A stretch of DNA of 64,000 nucleotides from Podarcis filfolensis (taxonomy: Eukaryota): the NCBI GenBank assembly GCA_964270895.1, contig OZ185441.1. One strand, given 5' to 3'. Of this stretch, positions 35,109-47,110 are shown one piece after another. The position numbers and the translations under genes were made by a program. Each line of letters begins with the position of its first letter. Within the stretch, counting starts at the first letter, position 1. Under the pieces are notes generated by a model, which saw only the letters and a list, made by a program, of their open reading frames with translations, had not been told where the DNA came from and ran no database searches.

Positions 35109-37529
35109 ATGGACAAAAGGCAGGAAGAGGATGGCAGAACACTCAGAAGGCAAGTACTGCTTCTCTTATTTTTGCCTTTCTCCTGCTGGGCTGCCTCAGA
35201 GCAGATTCGCTATTCTATCCCTGAGGAGATGGCAAAGGGTTCGATTGTGGGGAATCTTGCCAAAGATTTGGGACTGAATGCCAGAGATCTAGGAAGGCGC
35301 AATCTGCATGCTGCCTCTGTGAACAAAATGCAGTATTTCAGTATAAGTGCAGACAATGGAAACCTTTATGTGAATGACAGAATTGATAGGGAGGAAATAT
35401 GTGGCACAACTCTACTCTGCCTTATAAATTTTGAAGTGGTGATGGAAAATCCTTTAAATGTTTTCCATATAACAATAGTTATACAGGATATTAATGATAA
35501 TGCACCACAGTTCCTCAGTGATATAACCAACTTGGAGATTGTAGAATCAACTGTTCTAGGAACCAGATTTCTCCTTGGGAAAGCAGAAGATCCTGATATT
35601 GGGTTGAACTCTCTCCAGAATTACCAGCTGAGCTCCAACCAGTACTTCACCTTGGAAGTAAGGGAGAGAAAAGATGGAAATAAATATGCAGAATTAGTGC
35701 TAAGTAAAGTTATGGATCGAGAAAGTGAACAGACTATTCACTTGATCCTTACAGCCTTGGATGGCGGCGAACCAAGAAAAACTGGGACTGTCCAGATACG
35801 GATTAATGTCACAGATGCCAATGACAACCCACCTGTTTTCACTCAGGAGGTGTACAAAGTCAATTTACCTGAAAATGTTCCTGTTGGGTCACTTGTGCTC
35901 CAGGTTGTAGCCTCAGATAAGGACGAAAGCTCTTATGCTCAGATAAGGTATCAATTCAGCAACATAGCAGCAAACACCCACAAGAAATTCAGTTTGGATC
36001 CAATTAATGGCATAGTCACTCTTACGGGACTGCTCAACTTTGAGGAAACTAAAGAATATACCATGACAGTAGAAGCCAAAGATGGTGGTGGATTGGTGGC
36101 ACAATCCAACATTGAAATAACTGTGCTTGATGAGAATGATAATGCCCCAGAGGTGACCTTAGCCTCCATGTTCAGCCCTGTTCCTGAAGATTCTCTGCCA
36201 GGAACTGTTATTGCTCTGATCAATGTAAATGACAGAGATAGTGGAGATAATGGAAAGGTCACTTGCTATTTACAGGATGATTTACCCTTCAAAATTCTTC
36301 CCTCATCTAACAATTACTTCAAACTCCAGACAGACAGTCTCCTGGACAGAGAAAGAGCTCCTGCATATAATATTACAATCACAGCCACTGATAGAGGAAC
36401 TCCAACTCTTTCCACACACAAAACAATCTCACTACAGATCTCAGATATCAATGATAATGCCCCTGCTTTTCAGAGATCAACCTACAGCATCTATGTGCCA
36501 GAAAACAATCCTTCAGGTGCCTCCATTTTCACCATCAAAGCCTCTGATCCCGATATGGATCAGAACTCACGGATCACATACTCCATCCTCAACAGCAACA
36601 TTGAGGAGCTTCCCATCTCCTCCTATATCTCCATTAATTCTGAGACCGGCACCATCTATGCCCAGAGATCCTTTGACTATGAACAATTCAGAGAGTTCCG
36701 GCTGCAAGTGAAGGCCCAAGATGGGGGTTCTCCCCCTCTCAGCAGCAATGTGACCGTCAGGGTGTTTGTTCTTGACAGGAATGATAACAGTCCTCGTATC
36801 CTGTCCCCCTCACAAGAGGCCAAGGGCTCAGCCTTGTTTGAGATGGTGCCTCGTTCGGCCGAGGCAGATTATCTTGTCACCAAGGTGGTGGCCGTGGATG
36901 CAGATTCTGGACACAACGCCTGGCTCTCCTACCACCTGACTCAGGCCACTGAGCCAGCACTCTTCACGGTTGGTTCTCATACTGGAGAGATCAGGACAGC
37001 CAGGGCCTTTGTGGAGAGAGACGCTGTGAAACAGAGACTGGTCATTATGGTGAAGGATAACGGGCAGCCGTCTCTCTCGGCCACCATTACTCTGAACCTG
37101 GTGTTTGCTGAGAACTTTCAGGAGGCCCTTCCAGAAATGAAGAGCCAACCCAGCAGCTCAGAGTATCAGTCTGACCTGCAGTTCTACTTGGTCCTGGCCT
37201 TAGCTGTGATCTCCTTCTTGTTCCTCTTGACTGTGATTCTGGCCGTTACAATGAAGCTCCGTCAATCAGGGCATCCCAGGTTCCTACAGTGCTTTGGTCC
37301 TGTTCCCCATTCCAAGAATGGTGCCATCTTCCCACCCAACTTTGAAGATGGGACTTTGCCCTATTCCTACCAGCTGTGTCTGTCTTCTGAGTCCAGGAAG
37401 AATGAGTTTACCTTCCTGACACCAAATATACAGATTGCAGAGAATATTCTTAGCAGTGAGAAACCTGCTGTGCCTTTTACAGGCAATGTAGGAAACAATT
37501 TTGATTCTGCAGTAGATAATGGAGAACAG
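35109..37529 (+). CDS. PCDHGB: Protocadherin gamma-B-like variable exon V7 (807 codons)
   Basis: First ATG at 35109 (the ORF track begins at GTG 35100). Full domain set. Donor CAG|GTAAGG at 37529/37530, phase 0. Confidence 0.95.
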
Positions 37530-39022
37530 GTAAGGTTTGTTTTCTGAAATTAAATGCCATTATCCATCATTCTTTGCCATTAGTGACATTGTCACAGTGC
37601 TTTTTATCCAGCTAATGTGACTGCCTTTTTGTTTTTCATCATATAAATGAATAGTTTGGCTCTTACATCATTTGGCTTTCATGAATCAGGATGCGTCCTT
37701 TTCACTCCATGGGGAAGCTACACATCCATACGGAAGCTTCAAGCCATGCCCTTGAAACTATCTGGTAGAACTTATCTTGTTGTCATTTGAACAACTAGTA
37801 TTTTGAGGAGTTGACCTTCAACTACTTTCATTAACTTAAATAAAGTGAGGGAAAGAACTTCGTTTTTCACATTACTTGGCTTTGGGGGGGGCAGCAATTT
37901 TGGCTTTAGAATCAAAGGAGGGCACCTTGCTATATAGCAGAAAATACTATCACTGTTATTAGTATTACTAGCAAAAAATTTTAAGCAATAGATTTTAAAG
38001 ACATACACTTTTGAGAGGTTTCTGTAAATTATGCTTTATTTCCTTCTCCATTTTACATTGCCTGTAAAATTAATAGGCATGTGTGTTCTTGCATGAGTGA
38101 TGTAAAAAAAAGTCAAGTCAAGACTGACTGATTGACTGACTGACTGACTGGCCTTCTAGAGTAGATTGTGGATATTTCCAGCCCCCATATTCCTTTAAGT
38201 GAAACCACATTGCATTAAAGCTCTTTCTAAACAACTGTCTGAAAGGCGGACAGATAATGTGGGATATTTTGTTAAAGACATGAATTGTGCATTTATTTAT
38301 TTTTTAAATTTATTTAAAACAAAAATGAAACAACTACATACAGCCAGAGAGTTATCTTCAAATACTCCACAGAGCTTTGCTAAAGTGTATATTCTAAAAT
38401 CATTTCAATCTTAACAAAAACAAAATGGTACGTAATAACCTCCATCTCTTTGACTGTTGTCCACAACTATAAACATATATTGTATCAGCAGCAGTGCTGG
38501 TCTGCAGGGATTATACAAAGGCAAGGAGGAAGGAGGAAAAATAAAATAAAATATGTGCTTCATGCACACCAAACTGTGCTAGGCCAAGGCACATAGCTGT
38601 CAACGTTTCCCTTTTTTCAAGAGAAATTCCCTTATTCCAAATAGGATTCCTCGCAAGCAAAGGGGAAAGTTGACAGCTATGCCAAGGCACCGTTCTGCCA
38701 CAGGCCTCATTGTTTGTATAATCTATAAAGTCATCCAAGACTGCATAAAAGTTATGATATTTCCCCTGGCCTCTTGCTGTCTTCAATTTCCATGTCAGTT
38801 TTTTCAATAATGCTACCTGCCAGAATGCACTGCCTGCGTCATGTATGTCTGCCTCATGATTTAGACAATAATAATGATAGTTACCGTGTATATAATATTT
38901 ATATGTTTCAAAGGGTATTGCATATAATGGGTCAGATTCAGAATTAGTTATCCTTGGACCAAGTTAGTCAAGCAAGACTAATTTAAGTCAAATTTGTTTA
39001 AGTGGGGCTACTCTAAGTATGA

Positions 39023-39380
39023 AGCGGGACGCGGGTGGCAGTGTGAGTTAAACCACGGACCCTTGGACTTGCCGATCAGAAGGTCGGCGGTTCGAATCCC
39101 CGCAACAGGGTGAGCTTCTGTTGCTCGGTCCCTGCTCCTGCCAACCTAGCAGTTTGAAAACATGTCAAAGTGCAAGTAGATAAATAGGTACTGCTCCGGT
39201 GGGAAGGTAAACGGCGTTTCCGTGCGCTGCTCTGGTTCGTCAGAAGCAGCTTAGTCATGCTGACCACATGACCCGGAAGCTGTACGCCGGCTCCCTCGGC
39301 CAGTGAAACAAGATGAGCGCCGCAACCCCAGAGTCGGTCACTACTGGACCTAATGTTTAGGGGTCCCTTTACCTTTACCT
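39023..39380 (+). mobile_element. Full-length Sauria SINE (lacertid-type)
   Basis: 5' GGGACGCGGGTGGC, B-box GGTTCGAATCCC, 3' GGGGTCCCTTTACCTTTACCT tail; 14-bp TSD TACTCTAAGTATGA (39009-39022, 39381-39394); empty sites at 45492 and 57009. Confidence 0.93.
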
Positions 39381-40715
39381 TACTCTAAGTATGATGAAGT
39401 CTGGATTTGACACATTATCTTATAATTCTTATATAAGTGAGTTCCTGTCAGAGGCAAAATTCATACCATGAAATTCCTGGTTCACAGTTTTGTTCTTTAC
39501 ATGAGACCAGCTCAATATACATGAAGCATGTTGAATTCTTGAACTGCTCTACCAACATGTTAGCTATGCTGCTTACATGACATGAATGCATGAATCGATG
39601 GATAACTGTATTTCTGATCATAGCATTGTGGGATATCTTAGCAGGTACTTGAGTCATTTAAGCCTGCAATGAACCACCCCCTCCAACTCCCTGCTGGGCT
39701 CATGGCCAGTAGGGCAGATGTGAGGATGGAGGAGTGTTCTTGCCAGGGTTGGTGCTAGCTGTTGGAAGGATTTAGGGGACAGGACCATGACTGACAATTG
39801 CAGTGTGCTCAGCTACCACGTAAACATAGAAAAAGAAGTTTTAAAATGGAGGGGAAAGCTCAGAACATTTGAGGTTCAGCATATAACACCCAGGGCTTAT
39901 TTATGTAGTTTTGTTCCTTGATTAAATGAAGTTGCATTAACAGCTGGAGACGATATGTAGCTTCCTAAAATACTGAAAGGACCGTAGTGATTTCTGAGTA
40001 GCTTTCTGGTTGTCCTGTCCCACCCCAACTCCCCGCCGGCAAAATAGGGGTCTCCATATTGTTTGCATATGTAGAGGGGATGACCCATATCTGTGATATT
40101 GTGAAGTAACTGGGGTGTTGTGTAAGGTAAAAAGCACACAACACAAAGTAAATGAAATCAGCAAAGTGTCTATCGTAACTGGACAAAAGGGCAGGTGGGG
40201 GAAATGGCAAAGGTAAATACTGACACAGTACATCTGTTGAAGGAGAAAGCTACACAAACAGACCAGAAATCGTGTGGGCATAAGGTGACAAAATAGGACT
40301 TGAGATGTGGCACTATTTTCAGTGAAATTATGTAAAGATAAACACAATTTTCAGACACATCCTTAGGCTTTCCACACACAGTCTAAGATGCCTGTAAATA
40401 CCTAATACAATATTTTTCTAATTTGTTTTAAAGTCTTTTATTATAAACAACAATATCATTCTCATACTGCTGTCTGCTATTCTGATTTTTTCTAAAGAAA
40501 TAGTGGAAATAGTGCTATAAATTCATCACTGCATTTTCTTTGCTGCAAATATTAATTTGAAGCTGGTTCCTTTTAACCTATTGTAATGGTGAACAGATAA
40601 CACTTTCTAACAGGCATATTCAGAAAACCTGTATGAGAATATGGTCTGAGTCATTACTTTAAAATACCACCATGCCATGTCATGAATTAGGGAAGAAAAA
40701 TCACTGGGAAAAGAT

Positions 40716-40757
40716 TGCAGTTCTCTGCTTCAGACTCACAGTGTCACTGTTGGACAA
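40716..40757 (+). promoter_or_regulatory. CSE / CTCF site of V8 (CACT core)
   Basis: tgcagttctctgcttcagactcacagtgtcactgttggacaa; core 40745-40748. Confidence 0.85.
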
Positions 40758-40993
40758 GGCGGCAATCGAAGGGCAGCTGAAGTTCCACTGATGCTTTCTG
40801 CAGAGAGATCTCTTTGTCCCAAACTGCACTTCGGGAATACCAGCAGACGCTGGAACAAACGTTTCAGCTGGAAAAAAGAAAACACTGCAGCATATACAAA
40901 TTAAACCAAAGGATCCAGTTCTTTTTTTACTGGGGAAAATCTCCTGTTTTCGTGGAAATCTGAAATCCTGTGCTCATCAAAGAGAAGAGGAAA

Positions 40994-43423
40994 ATGAAGG
41001 TGAGAGGAATCCTTCATGGAGAGAGCTTTCAAACACCAGGAAGGCATATAACACTTCTGATATTTTCATCTTTGTTCTGTAGAGCAGTTTTGGAAGAGGT
41101 TCACTATTCCATCCCTGAGGAGATGGCAAGGGGGTCTTTGGTGGGAAATCTTGCCAAGGATCTGGGACTGAATGCCAGAGAACTGAAGAGCAGAAACCTG
41201 CATATCATTTCTGAAGGTAAAAAGCCATATTTCACTATCAATGCTGAAAATGGAAACCTGTATGTGAATGAGAGGATTGATCGTGAGGGAATGTGTAGAG
41301 AGAGCACACACTGCATTATTGATTTTGAAGCTGTGGTGGAAAAGCCATTGAATGTTTTCCATGTAAGTGTAGCAATTCAGGACATTAATGATAATGCCCC
41401 ACAATTCTTAGAAGCCAATATTAGACTGGAAATAATTGAGTCCACATTGCCAGGTGCTAGATTTCTCCTTGGGAAAGCTGAAGATCCTGATATTGGGATT
41501 AATTCTCTTCAAAACTACCAGTTAAACATAAATCAGTTCTTTGTATTAGAAATTAAACACAGTCTAGATGGCCATAAAAATGCAGAGTTGGTCCTGCAAA
41601 AACCTTTGGATCGGGAAAGTGAGCACTCGCTTCAGTTGATCCTTACAGCTCTTGATGGAGGTGAACCCAAAAAAACTGGGACTGCCCAGATATGGATTAA
41701 CATCACAGATGCCAATGACAACCCACCAGTCTTCACTCAAGAGGTTTATACAGTTAGCCTGAGGGAAAATTCCCCTGTGGGGTCCCCAATACTCCAAGTA
41801 AAAGCCTCTGATAGGGATGAAGGTTCAAATAGTCAGATCCATTACACATTCAGTAAAGTCCCAGAAAAAGTCTATGAAAAATTTAGACTAGATCCACAAA
41901 GTGGAACAATTACAATTAAGGAGACCCTTGACTTTGAGGAAACAGAGAAGTACACTATGGCAGTTGAAGCAAGAGATGGAGGTGGATTAGTGGCTCACTG
42001 TAATGTTGATATAAAGATTATAGATGAGAATGATAATGCTCCAGAAATTATTCTAGCCTCCTTATCTTCTCCAATTCCCGAAGATTTTGTTTCTGGAACA
42101 GTAATAGCTCTCATCAACGTAAAGGATAGGGATTCAAGAGAAAATGGAAAGATCACCTGCCACTTACAAAGTAATGTACCATTTAAAATAGTGTCAACAT
42201 CTAAGAACTACTACAAAATCCTTACAGACAGTCCTTTGGACAGAGAAAAAGCCTCAGGATACAACATCACAATCACGGCCACCGACAAAGGTAGCCCCCC
42301 TCTCTCCTCCAACAAAACTATCTCCCTGCAGATTTCAGATATCAATGACAACCCCCCTGCCTTTGAAAAATCAACTTACAGTGTCTTTGTGCCTGAAAAC
42401 AATCCCTCAGGTGCCTCCATTTTTGCCCTCAAAGCCTCGGACCTGGATCTGGACCACAACTCACGTATCACTTACTCCATCCTCAACAGCAACATGGAGG
42501 AGCTGCCTCTCTCCTCTTATGTCTCCATCAACTCTGAGACGGGAACTATCTATGCACAGCGCTCCTTTGACTATGAGCAATTCAGGGAGTTTCAGATCCA
42601 AGTGAAGGCCCAAGATGGCGGCTCTCCCTCTCTCAGCAACAACACCACCGTGTGGGTGTACATTTTGGATCAGAACGATAACAACCCTCGCATTCTGTAT
42701 CCTGTCCCGGGTGCTGAGGGCTCTGCCTTGTTTGAGATGGTTCCTCATTCAGCAGAGCCAGGCTACCTAGTGACCAAAGTGGTGGCTGTGGACGCGGACT
42801 CTGGGCACAATGCCTGGCTCTCCTACCAAGTGCTTCAGGCCACAGAGCCGGCCCTCTTCACCATTGGGACCCACACGGGAGAGATCAGGACGTCACGAGC
42901 CCTTCTGGAGAAAGATGCTGTGAAACAGAAGCTGGTCATCTTGGTGAAGGACAATGGGAAGGCTCCGCTCTCAGCTACTGTGGTCCTCAACCTCGTGGTT
43001 GCTGAGAACTTCCAAGAGGCACTTCCAGAAATGACTAGGCAATCCAGTGACACAGAGCATCATTCTGACCTCCAGTTTTACTTGGTGCTGGCTTTGGCAT
43101 TGATCTCATTTTTATTCCTCCTGACGGTGATACTGGTCATTGTCATGAAACTTCGACAATCAGGAAATCCCAAATTATTCCAATGCTTTGAACCTAATGC
43201 TTTTTCTAAGGCACAGGTCATATTTCCACCAAACTATGAAGAAGGAACTTTACCTTATTCCTACCAACTCTGCCTATCGTCAGAGATGGGGAAAGAGCAG
43301 ATCTCTTTCCCGAAATCCCATATCCAGGTGGCAGAAAACTTGCTATGCAATGATAGCTCTCAGGTGGTTCTTGTGGATGGCAACTGTGGAGATGCCAATG
43401 CCAAAGAGGAGGTTGGTGAGCAG
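40994..43423 (+). CDS. PCDHGB: Protocadherin gamma-B-like variable exon V8 (810 codons)
   Basis: First ATG at 40994 (the ORF track begins at GTG 40970). Full domain set. Donor CAG|GTAAGC at 43423/43424, phase 0. Confidence 0.95.
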
Positions 43424-43944
43424 GTAAGCTTTGCTTTCAGAAACAGCCTTACCTTATAGCAATAAAACTAATATTTTTATTTTGTTTTACTATATAAGGG
43501 GCCAGGAAAATTAAATTACAGTGTTAACAGCAGTTGTTCTGATTGTGAAGAACTTTCCCTACACATAGAAATGCTAGATGCAGCATAAATTCTGAGGCAT
43601 ACAATAATGTCAGAGTGAGTCTTCATCTCTGGAATTAAAGGAAATGTAGGCATGCATACAGCTTGAGTGTTCAATCTTCCTGTGGGGTATTATCCCTTAT
43701 CAATTAAAAATAAGGATTTGTACTTTTTCACTCACACAAAGCACAGTTTATTTGTCCTGTTATGATCAACTTAACTGAAGAATGCATAAAACATGAATGC
43801 TTCCTATTTATTTGTTGTATAATTTTGGGCGGTGTGTGGCTTCTCTGGAGGATTCATAAAAAGAAGTTGTGTGAAATACAGCAACCACAGAAAAAGGCAT
43901 CCCAAATGATCCATGGGTGCAACAACTTCTGTAGGGATACTTAG

Positions 43945-45075
43945 TTTAGATAAAATACAAGAAGGGAAGTGAGACAGCTGTATAGAATTATGAACGAGGT
44001 TGAGAAAATGAATAGAGAGATCCCCCTGCCCCATATTACTGGAGCCTGTGGCCATTGGGTGAAGCTGAATATTGGGAGATTCAGAACAGATAAAAGGAAA
44101 ACCTTCTTCATACAATACATAGTTAAACTATGGAATTCCTTGTTGACAACTAATTGCAACAACAGATCAGTGAAAATGGATATGGCAGCAAACAATTAGT
44201 GTGACTCTTAAGGAACACTTGTATAAGTTTGTTTTTTGATGGTACATGATACTTCTGGGCTTCGTCACATTTATAGAACAGGAAATAAATATGTTGGAAG
44301 TACAATTCAACCAATGCTAGGGTGCAATATATTTGGGAGACATGTCCCTAAATTAAGAATTTGTGGGTGGACATGATAAGGGAAATTGAAAGAATAAGAG
44401 GATACACTTTGCCAATGGATCCTTCCATTTTCTTATATGATTACTTTAAGGATTTAGAACAACAGAAGACAGATAATTACTCCAACAGTTACTGTCTGTG
44501 GCCAGAGCAACTTTTTTTATAACTGAGGGCAGGGGCTAAGAACACCAGCTTTAGGGGAATGGATTACTACAGCATGGAATATTTTATCAATGGTTCAACT
44601 AATTAATACAGTAAGAATCAGAGAGGGGAGGCAGTCTGATAACTTTCTGTGTGTTTTTTCATAATTTATTGGTGCAATGAAGTTCAAGATAATGCAGACC
44701 CACATATTTTATTTGGACCTTTATGAAGGCCATATGCTTTATTTGAGCTCATAATAGGAATTTAATGATAATTGTATACCCAGCCATTTGGTTTTTATAT
44801 AAACCATTATTAAATAATTTACTTATTTAAACAAACAAACAATGGAAATCACTACCACAAGATGCAATGATGGTCACCTACTTGGGTGGTTTTAAAGGGG
44901 GGTTAGAAAAAAATCATTGTCATGTTGGCTATATTATGTCTAGTAGCAGACACCTCTGACTGTGGACCAAGGGCAGAGCTTTTGAGAGGCATCTGGTTGG
45001 CCACAGTGGGAGAAAGGATGTTGGACTCAATAGAGCTCTGGCCTGATCCAGCAGGGCTTTTCTTATGTTTTTATG
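43945..45075 (+). mobile_element. CR1 3' fragment, split by a nested L1-like insertion (44143-44840)
   Basis: CR1 ORF2 end (KLNIGRFRTDKRKTFFIQ.IVKLWNSL) resumes at 44841 and ends in ggcctgatccagcagggcttttcttatgtttttatg. Confidence 0.82.
44143..44840 (+). mobile_element. L1-clade LINE 3' fragment with (AAAC)n tail
   Basis: Remnants resembling the L1 ORF2 C-terminus (CWKY...IWETCP.IKNLW, GYTLPMDP, PALGEWITTAWNILSM); flanked by a degenerate duplication atggaattcct / atggaaatcac. Confidence 0.65.
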
Positions 45076-46826
45076 AAATAGAATTGTGTGCAATGTTTCT
45101 GTGTGATAGACTAGCAGATGAAAATAGGATTCCTCGCAAGCAAAGGGGAAAGTTGACAGCTATGCCAAGGCACCGTTCTGCCACAGGCCTCATTGTTTGT
45201 ATAATCTATAAAGTCATCCAAGACTGCATAAAAGTTATGATATTTCCCCTGGCCTCTTGCTGTCTTCAATTTCCATGTCAGTTTTTTCAATAATGCTACC
45301 TGCCAGATTGCACTGCCTGCGTCATGTATGTCTGCCTCATGATTTAGACAATAATAATGATAGTTACCGTGTATATAATATTTATATGTTTCAAAGGGCA
45401 TTGCATATAATGGGTCAGATTCAGAATTAGTTATCCTTGGACCAAGTTAGTCAAGCAAGACTAATTTAAGTCAATTTTATTTAAGTCGGGCTACTTTAAG
45501 TATGATGAAGTCTGGATTTGACACATTATCTTATAATTCTTATATAAGTGAGTTCCTGTCAGAGGCAAAATTAATACCATGGAATTCCTGGTTCACAGTT
45601 TTGTTCTTTACATGAGACCAGCTCAATATACATGAAGCATGTTGAATTCTTGAACTGCTCTACCAACATGTTAGCTATGCTGCTTACATGACATGAATGC
45701 ATGAATCGATGGATAACTGTATTTCTGATCATAGCATTGTGGGATATCTTAGCAGGTACTTGAGTCATTTAAGCCTGCAATGAACCACCCCCTCCAACTC
45801 CCTGCTGGGCTCATGGCCAGTAGGGCAGATGTGAGGATGGAGGAGTGTTCTTGCCAGGGTTGGTGCTAGCTGTTGGAAGGAATTAGGGGACAGGACCATG
45901 ACTGACAATTGCAGTGTGCTCAGCTACCACGTAAACATAGAAAAAGAAGTTTTAAAATGGAGGGGAAAGCTCAGAACATTTGAGGTTCAGCATATAACAC
46001 CCAGGGCTTATTTATGTAGTTTTGTTCCTTGATTAAATGAAGTTGCATTAACAGCTGGAGACAATATGCAGCTTCCTAAAATACTGAAAGGACCATAGTG
46101 ATTTCTGAGTAGCTTTCTGGTTGTCCTGTCCCACCCCCACTCCCCGCCGGCAAAATAGGGGTCTCCATATTGTTTGCATATGTAGAGGGGATGACCCATA
46201 TCTGTGATATTGTGAAGTAACTGGGGTGTTGTGTAAGGTAAAAAGCACACAACACAAAGTAAATGAAATCAGCAAAGTGTCTATCGTAACTGGACAAAAG
46301 GGCAGGTGGGGGAAATGGCAAAGGTAAATACTGACACAGTACATCTGTTGAAGGAGAAAGCTACACAAACAGACCAGAAATCGTGTGGGCATAAGGTGAC
46401 AAAATAGGACTTGAGATGTGGCACTATTTTCAGTGAAATTATGTAAGGATAAACACAATTTTCAGATACATCCTTAGGCTTTCCACACACAGTCTAAGAA
46501 GCCTGTAAATACCTAATACAATATTTTTCTAATTTATTTAAAAGTCTTTTATTATAAACAACAATATCATTCCCATACTGCAGTCTGCTATTCTGATTTT
46601 TTCTAAAGAAATAGTGGAAATAGTGCTATAAATTCATTACTGCTTTTTCTTTGCTGCAAATATTAATTTGAAGCTGATTCCTTTTAACCTATTGTAATGG
46701 TGAACAGATAACACTTTCCAACAGGCATATTCAGAAAACCTGTATGAGAATATGGTCTGAGTCATTACTTAAAATTACTACTATGTAATGTCATGAATTA
46801 GGGAAGAAAAATCACTGGGAAAAGAT

Positions 46827-46868
46827 TGCAGTTCTCTGCTTCAGACTCACAGTGTCACTGTTGGACAA
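46827..46868 (+). promoter_or_regulatory. CSE / CTCF site of V9 (CACT core)
   Basis: tgcagttctctgcttcagactcacagtgtcactgttggacaa; core 46856-46859; identical to the V8 element. Confidence 0.85.
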
Positions 46869-47110
46869 GGCGGCAATCCAAGGGCAGCTGAAGTTCCACT
46901 GATGCTTTCTGCAGAGAGATCTCTTTGTCCCAAACTGCACATCGGGAAAACCAGCAGACGCTGCAACAAACGTTTCAGCTGGAAAACAAGAAAACACTGC
47001 AGCATATACAAATTAAGCCAAAGGATCCAGTTCTTTTTTTACTGGCCAAAAAAATATCTCCTGTCTTGGTGGAAATCTGAAATCCTGTGCTCATCAAAGA
47101 GAAGAGGAAA

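Larger units (their letters stand above)
36129..45124 (+). repeat. Segmental duplication copy 1 (V7 3' half + spacer X + V8 + 5' part of spacer Y); paralogous to 54143-62870
   Basis: Base-level near-identity of exon and non-coding sequence, e.g. gtaaggtttgttttctgaaattaaatgccattatcc after both donors; offset 18014 at the donor and 18000 at 38641/56641. Confidence 0.92.
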
